From: an uncultured bacterium
GTDB taxonomy: Bacteria > Zixibacteria > MSB-5A5 > CAIYYT01
Assembly: GCA_963726455.1 (NCBI GenBank)
Contig: CAVSCK010000004.1
Span: forward strand, 1,184,001 to 1,248,000
Direction: 5' to 3'
Length of the DNA stretch: 64,000 bases
A program made the translations under genes and the position numbers. The notes below the pieces were generated by a model. It saw only the letters and a program-made list of their open reading frames with translations, made no database searches and was not told where the DNA came from. This document shows positions 30,312 through 39,515 of the stretch, one piece after another (the stretch's first letter is position 1; each line of letters starts with the position of its first letter).

Positions 30312-31379
30312 CTAAAATGCAGCATCGTCGCCATTACCGGTCTTTCGCATCCGGCTCAGTTCAACCGTCCATACGCCGGTGCCGGTATCGAAAGTTCCTC
30401 TGGCTCTCACATCAGCGGCGGAGCCGGACGGTGCGAAGAAAATATAACCGGGAACGGTCGCACCGTTGCGCCAGCCGTTGGTCGGATTGGCAAATAGAGT
30501 GTAATCGAAGCTGCGCAACGGATATGTTGATCCATAAACCGTCGAACCGGCTTTCATGTAAGTCGGATTGCCATTGTTGGCCGGGTTCTCTATCACAAAG
30601 GCGGGCGAAACGCCTACGTCGTACGCGGAGTTGTCTCCCGAAGCGGCAAAACCAACAATCTTGTCGGCCAGCCAACCAGAGTAATTTGTTTCGGTGGATT
30701 GCCATTCCCACAGGTCGGCAAATTCACCGGCAGCGGGAGTGCGGAAATTGGCGCCGTCGAATATCGCTTTCGCGCCTTCACTGGCCCAACCTGTGATGTT
30801 GGTCAATGCCCAGCTTACCAGCAGCCGATCCTCACCACCCGACTGCGACCACGAAGCTCCCGTGCTGTCAAACACCCACTGGCGTTTGGTCACATCTGCG
30901 GCCGGAATAAACTCGCCATTGGCAACTTCCTGCCATTTGAACTGCATATAGACATAAGTGCGGTCGAATGCCGCGCGAATCTCTACGTTCGTGATTCCGC
31001 TGTAAGCGCCCGCAATCGAATCCAGAGCCACGTTGTATGTCACGGCGCTCTTCCACTCGACGCCGCCGCCATCAACTCCGTCGATCGCCGGTGGAGTCGA
31101 AATTGGGAAAGCGATTACCTTGTTTGCGCCGGACGCGAGCGTATCGGATGTCAGCGAAACATTGTATGCTCCGACATAATCCGCTGCGGTGCTGTTGGCA
31201 ATTAGAACTCCAAAGTCTTGGCTTGTGATCGGAGTTGCCACCAGATTTTGTCCGGGAGGCCCCGGTTCCCCGGGATATCCTGGAGGCCCAGCCGGGCCCT
31301 CTTTGCCGGTACAACCGGCCAGTAGAACTACTAGTATACAAGTAGATAGAAATGCAGTGAGCGTTTTCCCAACCGACAT
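30312..31379 (-). CDS. Lipoprotein: collagen-like stalk plus EB_dh/DOMON-like domain, no CxxCH
   Basis: RBS GGAGGAG, lipobox LAGC, 7 GXY triplets, PAIDG, RAAFD, EDRL, DLWEW and WTVELSR motifs. Confidence 0.8.
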   Translation of the reverse strand: MSVGKTLTAFLSTCILVVLLAGCTGKEGPAGPPGYPGEPGPPGQNLVATPITSQDFGVLIANSTAADYVGAYNVSLTSDTLASGANKVIAFPISTPPAIDGVDGGGVEWKSAVTYNVALDSIAGAYSGITNVEIRAAFDRTYVYMQFKWQEVANGEFIPAADVTKRQWVFDSTGASWSQSGGEDRLLVSWALTNITGWASEGAKAIFDGANFRTPAAGEFADLWEWQSTETNYSGWLADKIVGFAASGDNSAYDVGVSPAFVIENPANNGNPTYMKAGSTVYGSTYPLRSFDYTLFANPTNGWRNGATVPGYIFFAPSGSAADVRARGTFDTGTGVWTVELSRMRKTGNGDDAAF

Positions 31380-31693
31380 TATCTCCTCCGTGACCATATA
31401 ATCAGAACAGCTATCTTCCAAAAAAATAACAGTTCGCACAATACAAAACCGGGCGTAGCGGCGCAAGGGATTTTTTGCCGGGCAGGAATATTGGACGGTA
31501 TCAAAGTCACATAGTACATGATCTTGCGAGCGCAGCCAGAGTTCTACATGCGAGCCAGCACACCGTAGTTAATGACGTACGAAGTTGCTACTTATTCAAT
31601 GCGTATTTCCGAATAATGGAGCTTACCGGCGACAGCCGCCGGATTGTGGTAAAAGAGGGCGACAAGATTTGATTTGACTCGGGCGTTCTGTGG

Positions 31694-32143
31694 CTAGTTG
31701 ATCTTGAAACTGCAAATAACCCAGCTTGTATTGCGCTTTTTCAGCTCCATCTGGCTGTAGTACTGAATCCGGGTCGCTCGATCTATGAATGAAACCTCGA
31801 CCGTGGCCGTGGTGTCGTCCAGGAGTTTCTCCTCGTTCACCACAATCTGCGACTTGGCCCAGGTTCGGCGGTATTCGCCTTCCCGGAGAAAGCCGTTAAT
31901 CAGCCGGTTCTTTTTATCCTGAAGCGACAGACTGTCGTAGCGCGCCGCGCCATACTCATAAGTGGCAACCGAGTCGGCATCGATAAATGGCAGAATGTCT
32001 GGCAATGAGTCGGCCTGAATCAGGCGGACAAATGATAGCACACGTTCACGCGGTGACGGCCCGGAACTGGAACAGCCCAGCCCAATTGCCAGGCAGATGA
32101 CCAGAGTCAGGACAGCCAGAACGCGATACGCCATCGCTACCAC
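31694..32143 (-). CDS. Hypothetical lipoprotein (NTF2-like C-terminus)
   Basis: Lipobox GLGC and the ATVEV...LKKR..W.I pattern. Confidence 0.65.
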   Translation of the reverse strand: MVAMAYRVLAVLTLVICLAIGLGCSSSGPSPRERVLSFVRLIQADSLPDILPFIDADSVATYEYGAARYDSLSLQDKKNRLINGFLREGEYRRTWAKSQIVVNEEKLLDDTTATVEVSFIDRATRIQYYSQMELKKRNTSWVICSFKIN

Positions 32144-33144
32144 CTGTAAGCCAGACCCACCCGATGGAGCGAGCCGAGGTCGGCATAAGGCAGGTAAGCA
32201 TAATCGATGGCAACCTTGGGCAGATTAAATCCGGCGCCGAATGAAAATCCGGCGGTGTTGTCCTTGCTGCCACCGGTCTTATAATTCTGGCCGAAGGTGG
32301 AATAACCGAGCCGCAGCGAGACCGGTATCTTCGGGTGGATTTCCACGCCGATCGAACCGTACAAATCGTTGTCCGCCGGCAGCACACCTTCCAGGGAGAC
32401 GGTCAGCGGCAATTCGTTGACGCGGTGGGAAATACCCGCGCGGATCAGTACCGGCAACGGGTCTTTGTGTTCTTTCGACAAACTCGAAAGCTGTACACCG
32501 AGATTGGAAGCCGACAGCCCGATGTTGGTGCGGCCGTCCTTAATTCGATATAGCAGACCGGCATCGATAGCCAATCCCGTCGATGAGTACTGGTCTATCT
32601 TCTGGTAAATGAATTTTACCGTGCCCCCGCCGGCAAGTTGCGGTGACAGCTTGCGGGCGTACGTCCCCGCCAGCGCCATGTCGGAACCGCCGAAATTGCC
32701 GTTCGCAATACCCAGATCATCAAAACCGTTGATAGTGCCATAATTAAGATATGTTATCGAGAAAGCCAGTGCCGCCGGGGAGTCGTGAAACGTTGGAGTC
32801 TCCTCTGCGTCACCGGAAGCCGGATCGGAGCCGCCGGGGTCGACCGCCTTGCCGCGCGGCAGAACACAGACCAGATTGCCCGACTGGATGCCGGCGATGT
32901 AGTTCATATATGAGGCCGAGACCGCGTTATGCTGGAAGCCCACTATGCCGGCGGGATTATAGTAGACGGCAGATTCGTCATCGGCCAAGCCGACAAACGC
33001 TCCGCCCATGGCAGCCGACTTCGCGCCAAATCCGATTTTCAAGAACGGATAGGCCGTAGTGCCGACTTTGCTCTTGCCGGCAAACAACGACGCCGACATC
33101 AAAAGAACTAAAACTACAGATAGAATGGTCTTGGCTGATTTCAT
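32137..33144 (-). CDS. PorV/PorQ-family outer-membrane beta-barrel
   Basis: GTT.YPFLKIG.GA..AAMGGAF, YYNPAG and C-terminal DYAY...LG..HR.....W. Confidence 0.85.
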   Translation of the reverse strand: MKSAKTILSVVLVLLMSASLFAGKSKVGTTAYPFLKIGFGAKSAAMGGAFVGLADDESAVYYNPAGIVGFQHNAVSASYMNYIAGIQSGNLVCVLPRGKAVDPGGSDPASGDAEETPTFHDSPAALAFSITYLNYGTINGFDDLGIANGNFGGSDMALAGTYARKLSPQLAGGGTVKFIYQKIDQYSSTGLAIDAGLLYRIKDGRTNIGLSASNLGVQLSSLSKEHKDPLPVLIRAGISHRVNELPLTVSLEGVLPADNDLYGSIGVEIHPKIPVSLRLGYSTFGQNYKTGGSKDNTAGFSFGAGFNLPKVAIDYAYLPYADLGSLHRVGLAYRW

Positions 33145-33208
33145 TTTGACCTCATGTCTATGTTTGACACTGTAATATACCACTCCGGATTCTTGTGCGC
33201 AACCGCTC

Positions 33209-33682
33209 TTACCAGGTTTTGGTAGTCTCATCGACAATATCCTGGGCAAGTTTATCGATCGCGGCCGACTTGCCGTCATCCTCGGTCTGGCTGGTGGCAT
33301 TGTAGACGCCGAAACCGAGCATGTTGGACTTTTCATAAAGCGATTTACCACCCTTACGTTCCAGAACCACGTTCACGTAGATGTTGACCTTATATTCGGC
33401 GACGTTGCTGGCGGCGTCATAGGTATACGGCACTCGCTCGTACTTGACGATTTCCCCGCGCAGGACAGCGTCGGCGTCGGATTGTGCGACGACTTTCAGC
33501 GTGTTGTCGGCGATAAATCGCTCCGTAACTTTGCTGGTCAAATCGTCCTGAATGCCGTACTGCGTGGTTTTGTTGTCGAACTGCGGTATCGCGACGGTCT
33601 TAACACCGCCAAGGGATGAACTGGAAAACGAATAACACCCCGCGAAAATCAGTCCGACACACACTACTATGACGGCTCTCAA
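33209..33682 (-). CDS. lptE: LptE-family lipoprotein
   Basis: Lipobox FAGC-YSF, VAIP.FDN.T, ADAVL.GEI and terminal W. Confidence 0.75.
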   Translation of the reverse strand: MRAVIVVCVGLIFAGCYSFSSSSLGGVKTVAIPQFDNKTTQYGIQDDLTSKVTERFIADNTLKVVAQSDADAVLRGEIVKYERVPYTYDAASNVAEYKVNIYVNVVLERKGGKSLYEKSNMLGFGVYNATSQTEDDGKSAAIDKLAQDIVDETTKTW

Positions 33683-34941
33683 ACGACCCTTCTCCCTCGT
33701 TTATAAACGCTGCGAACGGGATTCTGTGCAAATAGATACGGAATCTGTTCATAGTTTTCTACATCCCAGATTACGAAATCGGCGAGTTTTTGTGGCTGCA
33801 GTGAACCGATTTCTTTCTGCAGGCCGAGCGAACACGCCGAATTGAAAGTCACGGCATTTAGAATTTCCTCGGCCGTCATCTTAAGATAAATCGCCGCAAT
33901 CGTCATATCGGCGGGCAGCGACGTGGTACAGGATGAACCGGGGTTGAAATCAGTTGCCAGCGCCACGGCTACTCCCCTATCGATCATAATGCGCGCCGGA
34001 GCATACTGCTTGTGCCCGAGGAAGAACGTCGTCGCGGGCAGCAACACAGCAATGACTCCCGCGTCAGCCATCTTGGCGATTCCGGCGTCCGAAACATAGA
34101 CGAGGTGGTCGGCACTGACGGCGCCCATTTCGGCTGCCAGTTCGGCGCCACCGATTGACTTCAGTTCGTCGGCATGAAAGCGCAGTTTCAGCCCGTGCCC
34201 CTTGGCCGCAGTCATGACGCGCCGCGACTGCGCAATATCGAACACGCCCTGCTCGGTGAAGATGTCGCAGAACACCGCCAGCTTGCGATGCGTAATTTCG
34301 GGAATCATTTCTTCGATCAACAGGCGCACATAGCCCTCGCGGTTGTCGCGATACTCATCCGGAAATTCGTGCGCGCCCAAAAACGTCGGCACCAGGTCGA
34401 TATTGTGATTGGCGTTCAGCCAGTCGATGACCTCCAGCGACCTGATTTCGGCCTCGGTCGACAGCCCGTATCCAGACTTGGCTTCGATAGTGGTCGTGCC
34501 TGATTGCAGCATGCGGTCAAGGAATCGTTGCGCGTTTTCGCACAAGTGGTCGAAACTGGCGGCGCGGGTCCGGCGCACCGAATTGCGAATCCCGCCCCCC
34601 GCTTCGGCGATTTCCATATATGATTTACCGGCGTTGCGCAGATAGAACTCATGCTCGCGCGTGGCGGCAAAAATCGGATGCGTATGCGGATCGACCAAAC
34701 CGGGCGTGACCACGCTTCCCAGAGCGTCGACAGTGGTCTCGAAACGGCGTCCGGAGTAGCTTGATCCCAGCGCCGCTTCCGGCCCGACCCAGGCCACCCG
34801 TTCCCCTTCAACGACCATCGCACCCTTTTCAAATAACTCCAACCGCCCGAAATCCTCGCCGATTTTGGGACTGTCCCCATCATGGCGGCAAGTGACAAGC
34901 TGCGAGATATTATGAATCAGAGTTTGCGTCGACGCCTTCAT
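33679..34941 (-). CDS. hutI: Imidazolonepropionase
   Basis: PGLVDPHTH, GTTTIEAKSGYGL, HADEL and ATDFNPG motifs. Confidence 0.95.
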   Translation of the reverse strand: MKASTQTLIHNISQLVTCRHDGDSPKIGEDFGRLELFEKGAMVVEGERVAWVGPEAALGSSYSGRRFETTVDALGSVVTPGLVDPHTHPIFAATREHEFYLRNAGKSYMEIAEAGGGIRNSVRRTRAASFDHLCENAQRFLDRMLQSGTTTIEAKSGYGLSTEAEIRSLEVIDWLNANHNIDLVPTFLGAHEFPDEYRDNREGYVRLLIEEMIPEITHRKLAVFCDIFTEQGVFDIAQSRRVMTAAKGHGLKLRFHADELKSIGGAELAAEMGAVSADHLVYVSDAGIAKMADAGVIAVLLPATTFFLGHKQYAPARIMIDRGVAVALATDFNPGSSCTTSLPADMTIAAIYLKMTAEEILNAVTFNSACSLGLQKEIGSLQPQKLADFVIWDVENYEQIPYLFAQNPVRSVYKRGRRVV

Positions 34942-35009
34942 TGCGAAGAGAGGATAAGAAATCGCCGCCATTGAGGGAAGAAGATTTGTAAACGTCCCTA
35001 CCGCGCCGT

Positions 35010-35150
35010 GTCATTCCCGCGCAGGCGGGAATCCAGGCTAATTCGAACGCGTAGCTCAAAACCGCCTCGGACTTGACACTTGGTTTCGTAGGTCGGGTTC
35101 CCAGCGCAGCGCGGAACCCGACACTGGGTACCCCGCCCGCAAGGGCGGGA
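35010..35150. repeat. Cluster of four different REP-like palindromes
   Basis: GTCATTCCCGCGCAGGCGGGAATCCAG, GTAGCTCAAAACCGCCTCGG..., GTAGGTCGGGTTCC...GGAACCCGAC and CCCGCCCGCAAGGGCGGG. Confidence 0.75.
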
Positions 35151-35206
35151 CTGTTCCGCGCACCCCACGTCCTCATTCGCCGCACCCTTGGACAAACAGA
35201 AATACG

Positions 35207-35235
35207 TTGACATCCCCAACCTTAGCTTGCATTCT
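35207..35235 (+). promoter_or_regulatory. sigma70-like promoter
   Basis: TTGACA-N17-CATTCT. Confidence 0.45.
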
Positions 35236-35347
35236 GCTCATCGGGGACTAGGCGAACTAACCAATAGAGAAGACAGTGTCAAGAGCGAAGCGGTTCTGAC
35301 CTATAGATCAAGTGGCTCCCAATTGAAGTAGTATCGAAGGGATCGGA

Positions 35348-35899
35348 ATGGCAAATATCAACATCTGGGATTCGCAAGATTCGAAATCCGGCAAACGAAG
35401 CAGCGTGGCATTGGTTCGAGATGTAAGAGAAGCGCGGCGTATGCTGTCCGTGGGCAGTCGGCAGGTTCTTCTGATCCTATCTCCGCTGCTGACAATGATG
35501 ATTGTATGGGGTGCATTTGAGGCCCACAGAGGATACCAGATTCACAAATCACTAGTCGTCTTCCCGGCGATATACTTTCTGGTCCTGGGAATCGGTGGCT
35601 TCGCTTATTTGCTGAGTTCCAGGGCGCTTTTTATGGTCGATTCTGTTGTTAGTGGTAATGTAGTCTCAAGCAGGATACTGTTGTTTTCAAGACTGATTAG
35701 ATACGAGGATATCGGAAGGATCTCTCTCACGGTCGATCGTCGTTCCCTGCTGATCCTAAGAATCGCTTCTGGGACTGGTGACTCAATCACCATTGTCGGT
35801 TTGGGACGAGAGAAGTGTCGCCAGGTTCTGATATTACTACAGCAGAAGGTCGAAGCGAAAAGCTTCAATCAGGAAGCGTTACGGTTACTCGAAGAATAA
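35348..35899 (+). CDS. Hypothetical membrane protein (2 TM plus possible PH-like C-domain)
   Basis: 183-aa ORF with two hydrophobic helices, AT-richer than the flanks. Confidence 0.6.
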   Translation: MANINIWDSQDSKSGKRSSVALVRDVREARRMLSVGSRQVLLILSPLLTMMIVWGAFEAHRGYQIHKSLVVFPAIYFLVLGIGGFAYLLSSRALFMVDSVVSGNVVSSRILLFSRLIRYEDIGRISLTVDRRSLLILRIASGTGDSITIVGLGREKCRQVLILLQQKVEAKSFNQEALRLLEE

Positions 35900-35906
35900 A
35901 ACAGTC

Positions 35907-35958
35907 CGTAGCTCAAAACCGCCTCGGTCTTGCACTTATTCTCGTAGGTCCGCGTTCC
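35907..35958 (+). repeat. Direct repeat of 35050-35101
   Basis: 21-bp identical core CGTAGCTCAAAACCGCCTCGG plus a conserved CGTAGGTC..GTTCC tail. Confidence 0.85.
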
Positions 35959-36067
35959 GAGTCCCATGCCACTATGCCGCCAACGCATATTGCAGCTTCC
36001 GCCCCTATCTTTCGACACGCTTCCTATATACCACGCACAGGTAGATACGCCGCTGTCGGAGCCGTTC

Positions 36068-36145
36068 CGGTAGGATAAACATTCTTGTTTGTCCCCGTCG
36101 TCGGTGGCAGTCACAAGAAGTCAAACAGGAATGTTTAACCTACCG
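36068..36145. repeat. REPIN-like long inverted repeat
   Basis: 24-bp arms CGGTAGGATAAACATTCTTGTTTG / CAAACAGGAATGTTTAACCTACCG around a 30-nt spacer. Confidence 0.8.
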
Positions 36146-36168
36146 AACTGATGAGCGTCGGGACTTAG

Positions 36169-36603
36169 TCAGTCGATCTTGACAAAATCACGTCGTTCAT
36201 TGTGGCACAACTCTACCCACTGCCTATGTTGCCTCTTCTTGACGACGTAACCCTTTCTGAGAACGCGCACTTCACCCGGCCTAAGCTCTACAGCTCCGAT
36301 ACAAAGTTCTTCATTGCTATGAAGAACTAGATGTTCAATCTCTACTGAATATTCATCATATGGAAGATGTGGTACGAAACGGTATGTTCCCGTGTCGGAC
36401 ATCAACTGTCCCTCGCGAGGTTGGTAAAAGTGTGTGAAAGTAGAATCGGGTCGAAAGACAATTTGATCTATCTCAGCACTGCCAAAATCCGCCTGATAAG
36501 TACCTACGAAGTGGGCGAAATCGATTTTTTCGCTGGGCAAGTCAATATCACATGAGAGGACGACTGCAATTAATGTCAGAAGCGCGGCAGCTAGGATTCT
36601 CAT
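36169..36603 (-). CDS. Hypothetical lipoprotein
   Basis: Lipobox VLSC and a lipocalin-like GTY motif. Confidence 0.6.
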   Translation of the reverse strand: MRILAAALLTLIAVVLSCDIDLPSEKIDFAHFVGTYQADFGSAEIDQIVFRPDSTFTHFYQPREGQLMSDTGTYRFVPHLPYDEYSVEIEHLVLHSNEELCIGAVELRPGEVRVLRKGYVVKKRQHRQWVELCHNERRDFVKID

Positions 36604-36667
36604 AATATTGGTAATCCAGTCCCGACCAGCGAGATTTCACAACCGAAGCGGTCTTGACTTACAAAGT

Positions 36668-37378
36668 CTAATAATCAAGTTTCATCGGCAGTCGATGCTT
36701 CACCGACAATCTTGCGTGATGCAAGAACATGGCCAAACCAAACCGAGCTGCCTCGTTAAAGCGCTGCTCACTTCCGGGACCGTCATATATCCATTGCGCA
36801 ATATCGTAGTCTGAGCCCCGCACGGTTTCCGAATTTAGTATCTCAAGTTCTCTAAGTAGCTCCATCGAAGAACCAAGCGGAACTTCTTGCCCAGCCAAGT
36901 CTTCAGACCTAAAAACAGACCCAAAATCGACGGGCAACCAGAGTTCCGGCAAGAGGATGTGATTAAATCGCGATTTGAAATCGTCAGCAGTTGACGCCAC
37001 AAATGCCGGATCGCCGCCCCATTCGTTGGTCGCCTTCTCAGGCTTCGGCATTTCGGGATGTTCGTGGTGTGCCGCCATCAGAAGCAAACAGGCGTAACCG
37101 TCCCAGTCTGGCTTATCAGTAAAATAGGGAGTATCCGGTCGTTCCTCCCACTCGAGAATGGGCACTAGAAATTTGCTCAATCCTTTGCTCAGACTGTAAC
37201 GCCATAATCGGATGCAATCCATTATCACAGTTTCGTCTGTGACGACATCGCTTTCTTGTGTGCTAGGGCGCACGGTCGCATATACCACCCCCTGTTTACG
37301 CGCCCACTTGCTGACAACGGTCTCCCAATTGCCGACGTAGTATCTGACAAGCGAACCTACGTAGATATCGAGCCCCAC
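36668..37378 (-). CDS. Conserved-looking hypothetical protein
   Basis: GTG start (MGLDIYVGSLVRYY) after a GAAGGGA RBS. Ends LPMKLDY. Confidence 0.7.
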   Translation of the reverse strand: MGLDIYVGSLVRYYVGNWETVVSKWARKQGVVYATVRPSTQESDVVTDETVIMDCIRLWRYSLSKGLSKFLVPILEWEERPDTPYFTDKPDWDGYACLLLMAAHHEHPEMPKPEKATNEWGGDPAFVASTADDFKSRFNHILLPELWLPVDFGSVFRSEDLAGQEVPLGSSMELLRELEILNSETVRGSDYDIAQWIYDGPGSEQRFNEAARFGLAMFLHHARLSVKHRLPMKLDY

Positions 37379-37476
37379 GATAGTTCCCTTCTTAAAACGC
37401 TGTTGGTCGTACCGGCTTTGTCCCCGCTCGCCGCCTAGTTTCAGGGGGGGGCATCCTTTCACTGCTTCTCTTCTTC

Positions 37477-37764
37477 CTACACCCCTGCCCGCACCGCTTT
37501 CCGATAATAGCGAATCAAGAACATCATATTCATCGCTGCCAACATGGCCACTAAAAACAGATTAAGATGAATGATAAAGCGGTCGGAATCGTTGATCAAA
37601 TAGGTCGTCCTGCCGATCCATGGGCATAGAAAATTGACGACCAGCGAAATAGCAAACGCAACTTTCGAGCGCGGCCATTTCAGTCCGAACGCAATCGCAA
37701 GGCCCACAATTGCGCCCGCCGCAAATGACCAGATCACATTCTGCAGTTGATAGGATTCCAACAT
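37477..37764 (-). CDS. Small 3-TM membrane protein
   Basis: RBS GGGAGG and hydrophobic helices. Confidence 0.6.
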   Translation of the reverse strand: MLESYQLQNVIWSFAAGAIVGLAIAFGLKWPRSKVAFAISLVVNFLCPWIGRTTYLINDSDRFIIHLNLFLVAMLAAMNMMFLIRYYRKAVRAGV

Positions 37765-37931
37765 CAGATGTCCCTCCCATATTATGCCGCCAAGGATTCC
37801 CGGTCAATTTCCGGAATCGTTGGCAACTTACAATCAATCTTTCGCTATCGACAATAAACTCGATAACCCCTCATTGTGTCAAGCGAGAAAACAAGAATAT
37901 CCGGGTCTCGTAATCTGCCCCCTTGTCGCCG

Positions 37932-39248
37932 TCAGTCGTTAGGTGTCGGACGAGGAATAATTCCTTTGGCGATATATATCGGCCTGACATGTCTGCGCCA
38001 ATTCGGGAGGTTGAGCATAAAGATCAGCGACGCAAGGATGCAGACGACGCCGTTGATGCGCAGCGTCAGCGGCGCACCGATGGCGGATGCGACCGACCCG
38101 GCAATGAGCGTGCCGATCGGCATCATTCCCATGAACGATACCACATGCAGACTCATCACGCGCCCGCGTTTGTCGTCATCGACGATGGTTTGCAGCAGCG
38201 TGTTGCTGGTCGCCACCTGAATCATCATGCCGAGTCCCATCAGATACATCATGCCGAGTGACACCCAAAATGTCTCGGACAGCGAGAACAGAATCAGCCC
38301 GCAGCCGAGCACCAACGACGCAATCGACAGCACTCGTCCCAGGCCGACGACATTCCGACGTGCTGCCAGGTAGAGCGCACCGGACAGCGCGCCGACGCCG
38401 GTGGCGCCCATCAGGAACCCGAGCGTGCGCGGACCGCCATGCAGAATGTCTTTGGCGAAAATCGGCAACAGCGATGGATAGGACAGCCCGATCAGACTGA
38501 CGCAAGCCGTCAACAACAGAATCGATCGAATCGGGGGCGAACCATGGACGTAACGAATTCCATCTTTCAAATCGGTTAACACGTTGCCGCCGTTGGCCTG
38601 TTTTTCCCGACGCTTAACGCGCATCAACAGCAGCGCGATAATTACGGCAATGTAGCTGATGCCGTTGACCAGGAAGCAGACGGCCTCCCCTACCCAGGCA
38701 ATCAACACTCCGGCAATCGACGGACCGATCAGACGCGCGCCGTTGACCATAGATGAATTCATGGCGATGGCGTTGCCCAAGTCGCGTTTGTCGTCCACCA
38801 TCTGCACGATGAATGATTGCCGCGCCGGGGTGTCGAAGGCGTTGATCAAACCGATCACGAGACTGAGTGCGATTATCTGCCAAACCTGGATGCTGCCAGC
38901 GAACACCAATGTCGCCAGAACAAACGCCTGCAACATGGCCAGGGTTTGCGTGATGACAATCGTGCGGCGCAGATTCCAGCGATCGGCAAAAACCCCGGCA
39001 ATGGGAGCAAAAACGGTGACGGGAATCTGGTTGGTGAAGCCGATCAGACCCAGCAGAAAAGCCGAACCGGTCAGGCGATAGACCAGCCAGCTCAGGGAAA
39101 TCGACTGCATCCAGGTGCCGATCAGCGAGAAACTCTGGCCGGTGAAGAAGAGCCGATAGTTGCGGTTCTTGAGCGCGCGGAAAATGTGACGTAGTCCCTC
39201 TGGACGTGTGGGTGTCGCGGCGGTCGAATTGGGTGGCATGGAAATCAA
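37932..39248 (-). CDS. MFS transporter (MFS_3/DHA3-like)
   Basis: NYRLFF.GQ..S.IGTWMQ, AGVFADR, PARQS and RGRVMS motifs. Confidence 0.93.
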   Translation of the reverse strand: MISMPPNSTAATPTRPEGLRHIFRALKNRNYRLFFTGQSFSLIGTWMQSISLSWLVYRLTGSAFLLGLIGFTNQIPVTVFAPIAGVFADRWNLRRTIVITQTLAMLQAFVLATLVFAGSIQVWQIIALSLVIGLINAFDTPARQSFIVQMVDDKRDLGNAIAMNSSMVNGARLIGPSIAGVLIAWVGEAVCFLVNGISYIAVIIALLLMRVKRREKQANGGNVLTDLKDGIRYVHGSPPIRSILLLTACVSLIGLSYPSLLPIFAKDILHGGPRTLGFLMGATGVGALSGALYLAARRNVVGLGRVLSIASLVLGCGLILFSLSETFWVSLGMMYLMGLGMMIQVATSNTLLQTIVDDDKRGRVMSLHVVSFMGMMPIGTLIAGSVASAIGAPLTLRINGVVCILASLIFMLNLPNWRRHVRPIYIAKGIIPRPTPND

Positions 39249-39394
39249 TATAGGCGGAAGGCGGGGTGATTGGCAAGGGGAGCGCAGAAATCCTTTCCGC
39301 TGCGCCAGTCAAGGGCTCCGACGCCACTCAGATGTTGAGTGGGAATATTCCGTAAAAGCATCTGTATAATGGTCGGTATTGTCGGGAATAGTTC

Positions 39395-39422
39395 TTGACT
39401 GTGAGTTTTTTCAAGCTATAAT
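39395..39422 (+). promoter_or_regulatory. sigma70 promoter
   Basis: TTGACT-N16-TATAAT. Confidence 0.65.
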
Positions 39423-39515
39423 GTGGGTGACATAATACAGCGACCATCTACAAACACGGCGAGGGCAAGCCGCTGTATTCGTGTTCCAATTCTGCTTCTC
39501 AGGGAGGTTTGACTT

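Noticed and set aside
35348-37764. Integron cassette array
   Set aside because: No recognisable attC (RYYYAAC...GTTRRRY) structure and no intI. Genes are in mixed orientation.
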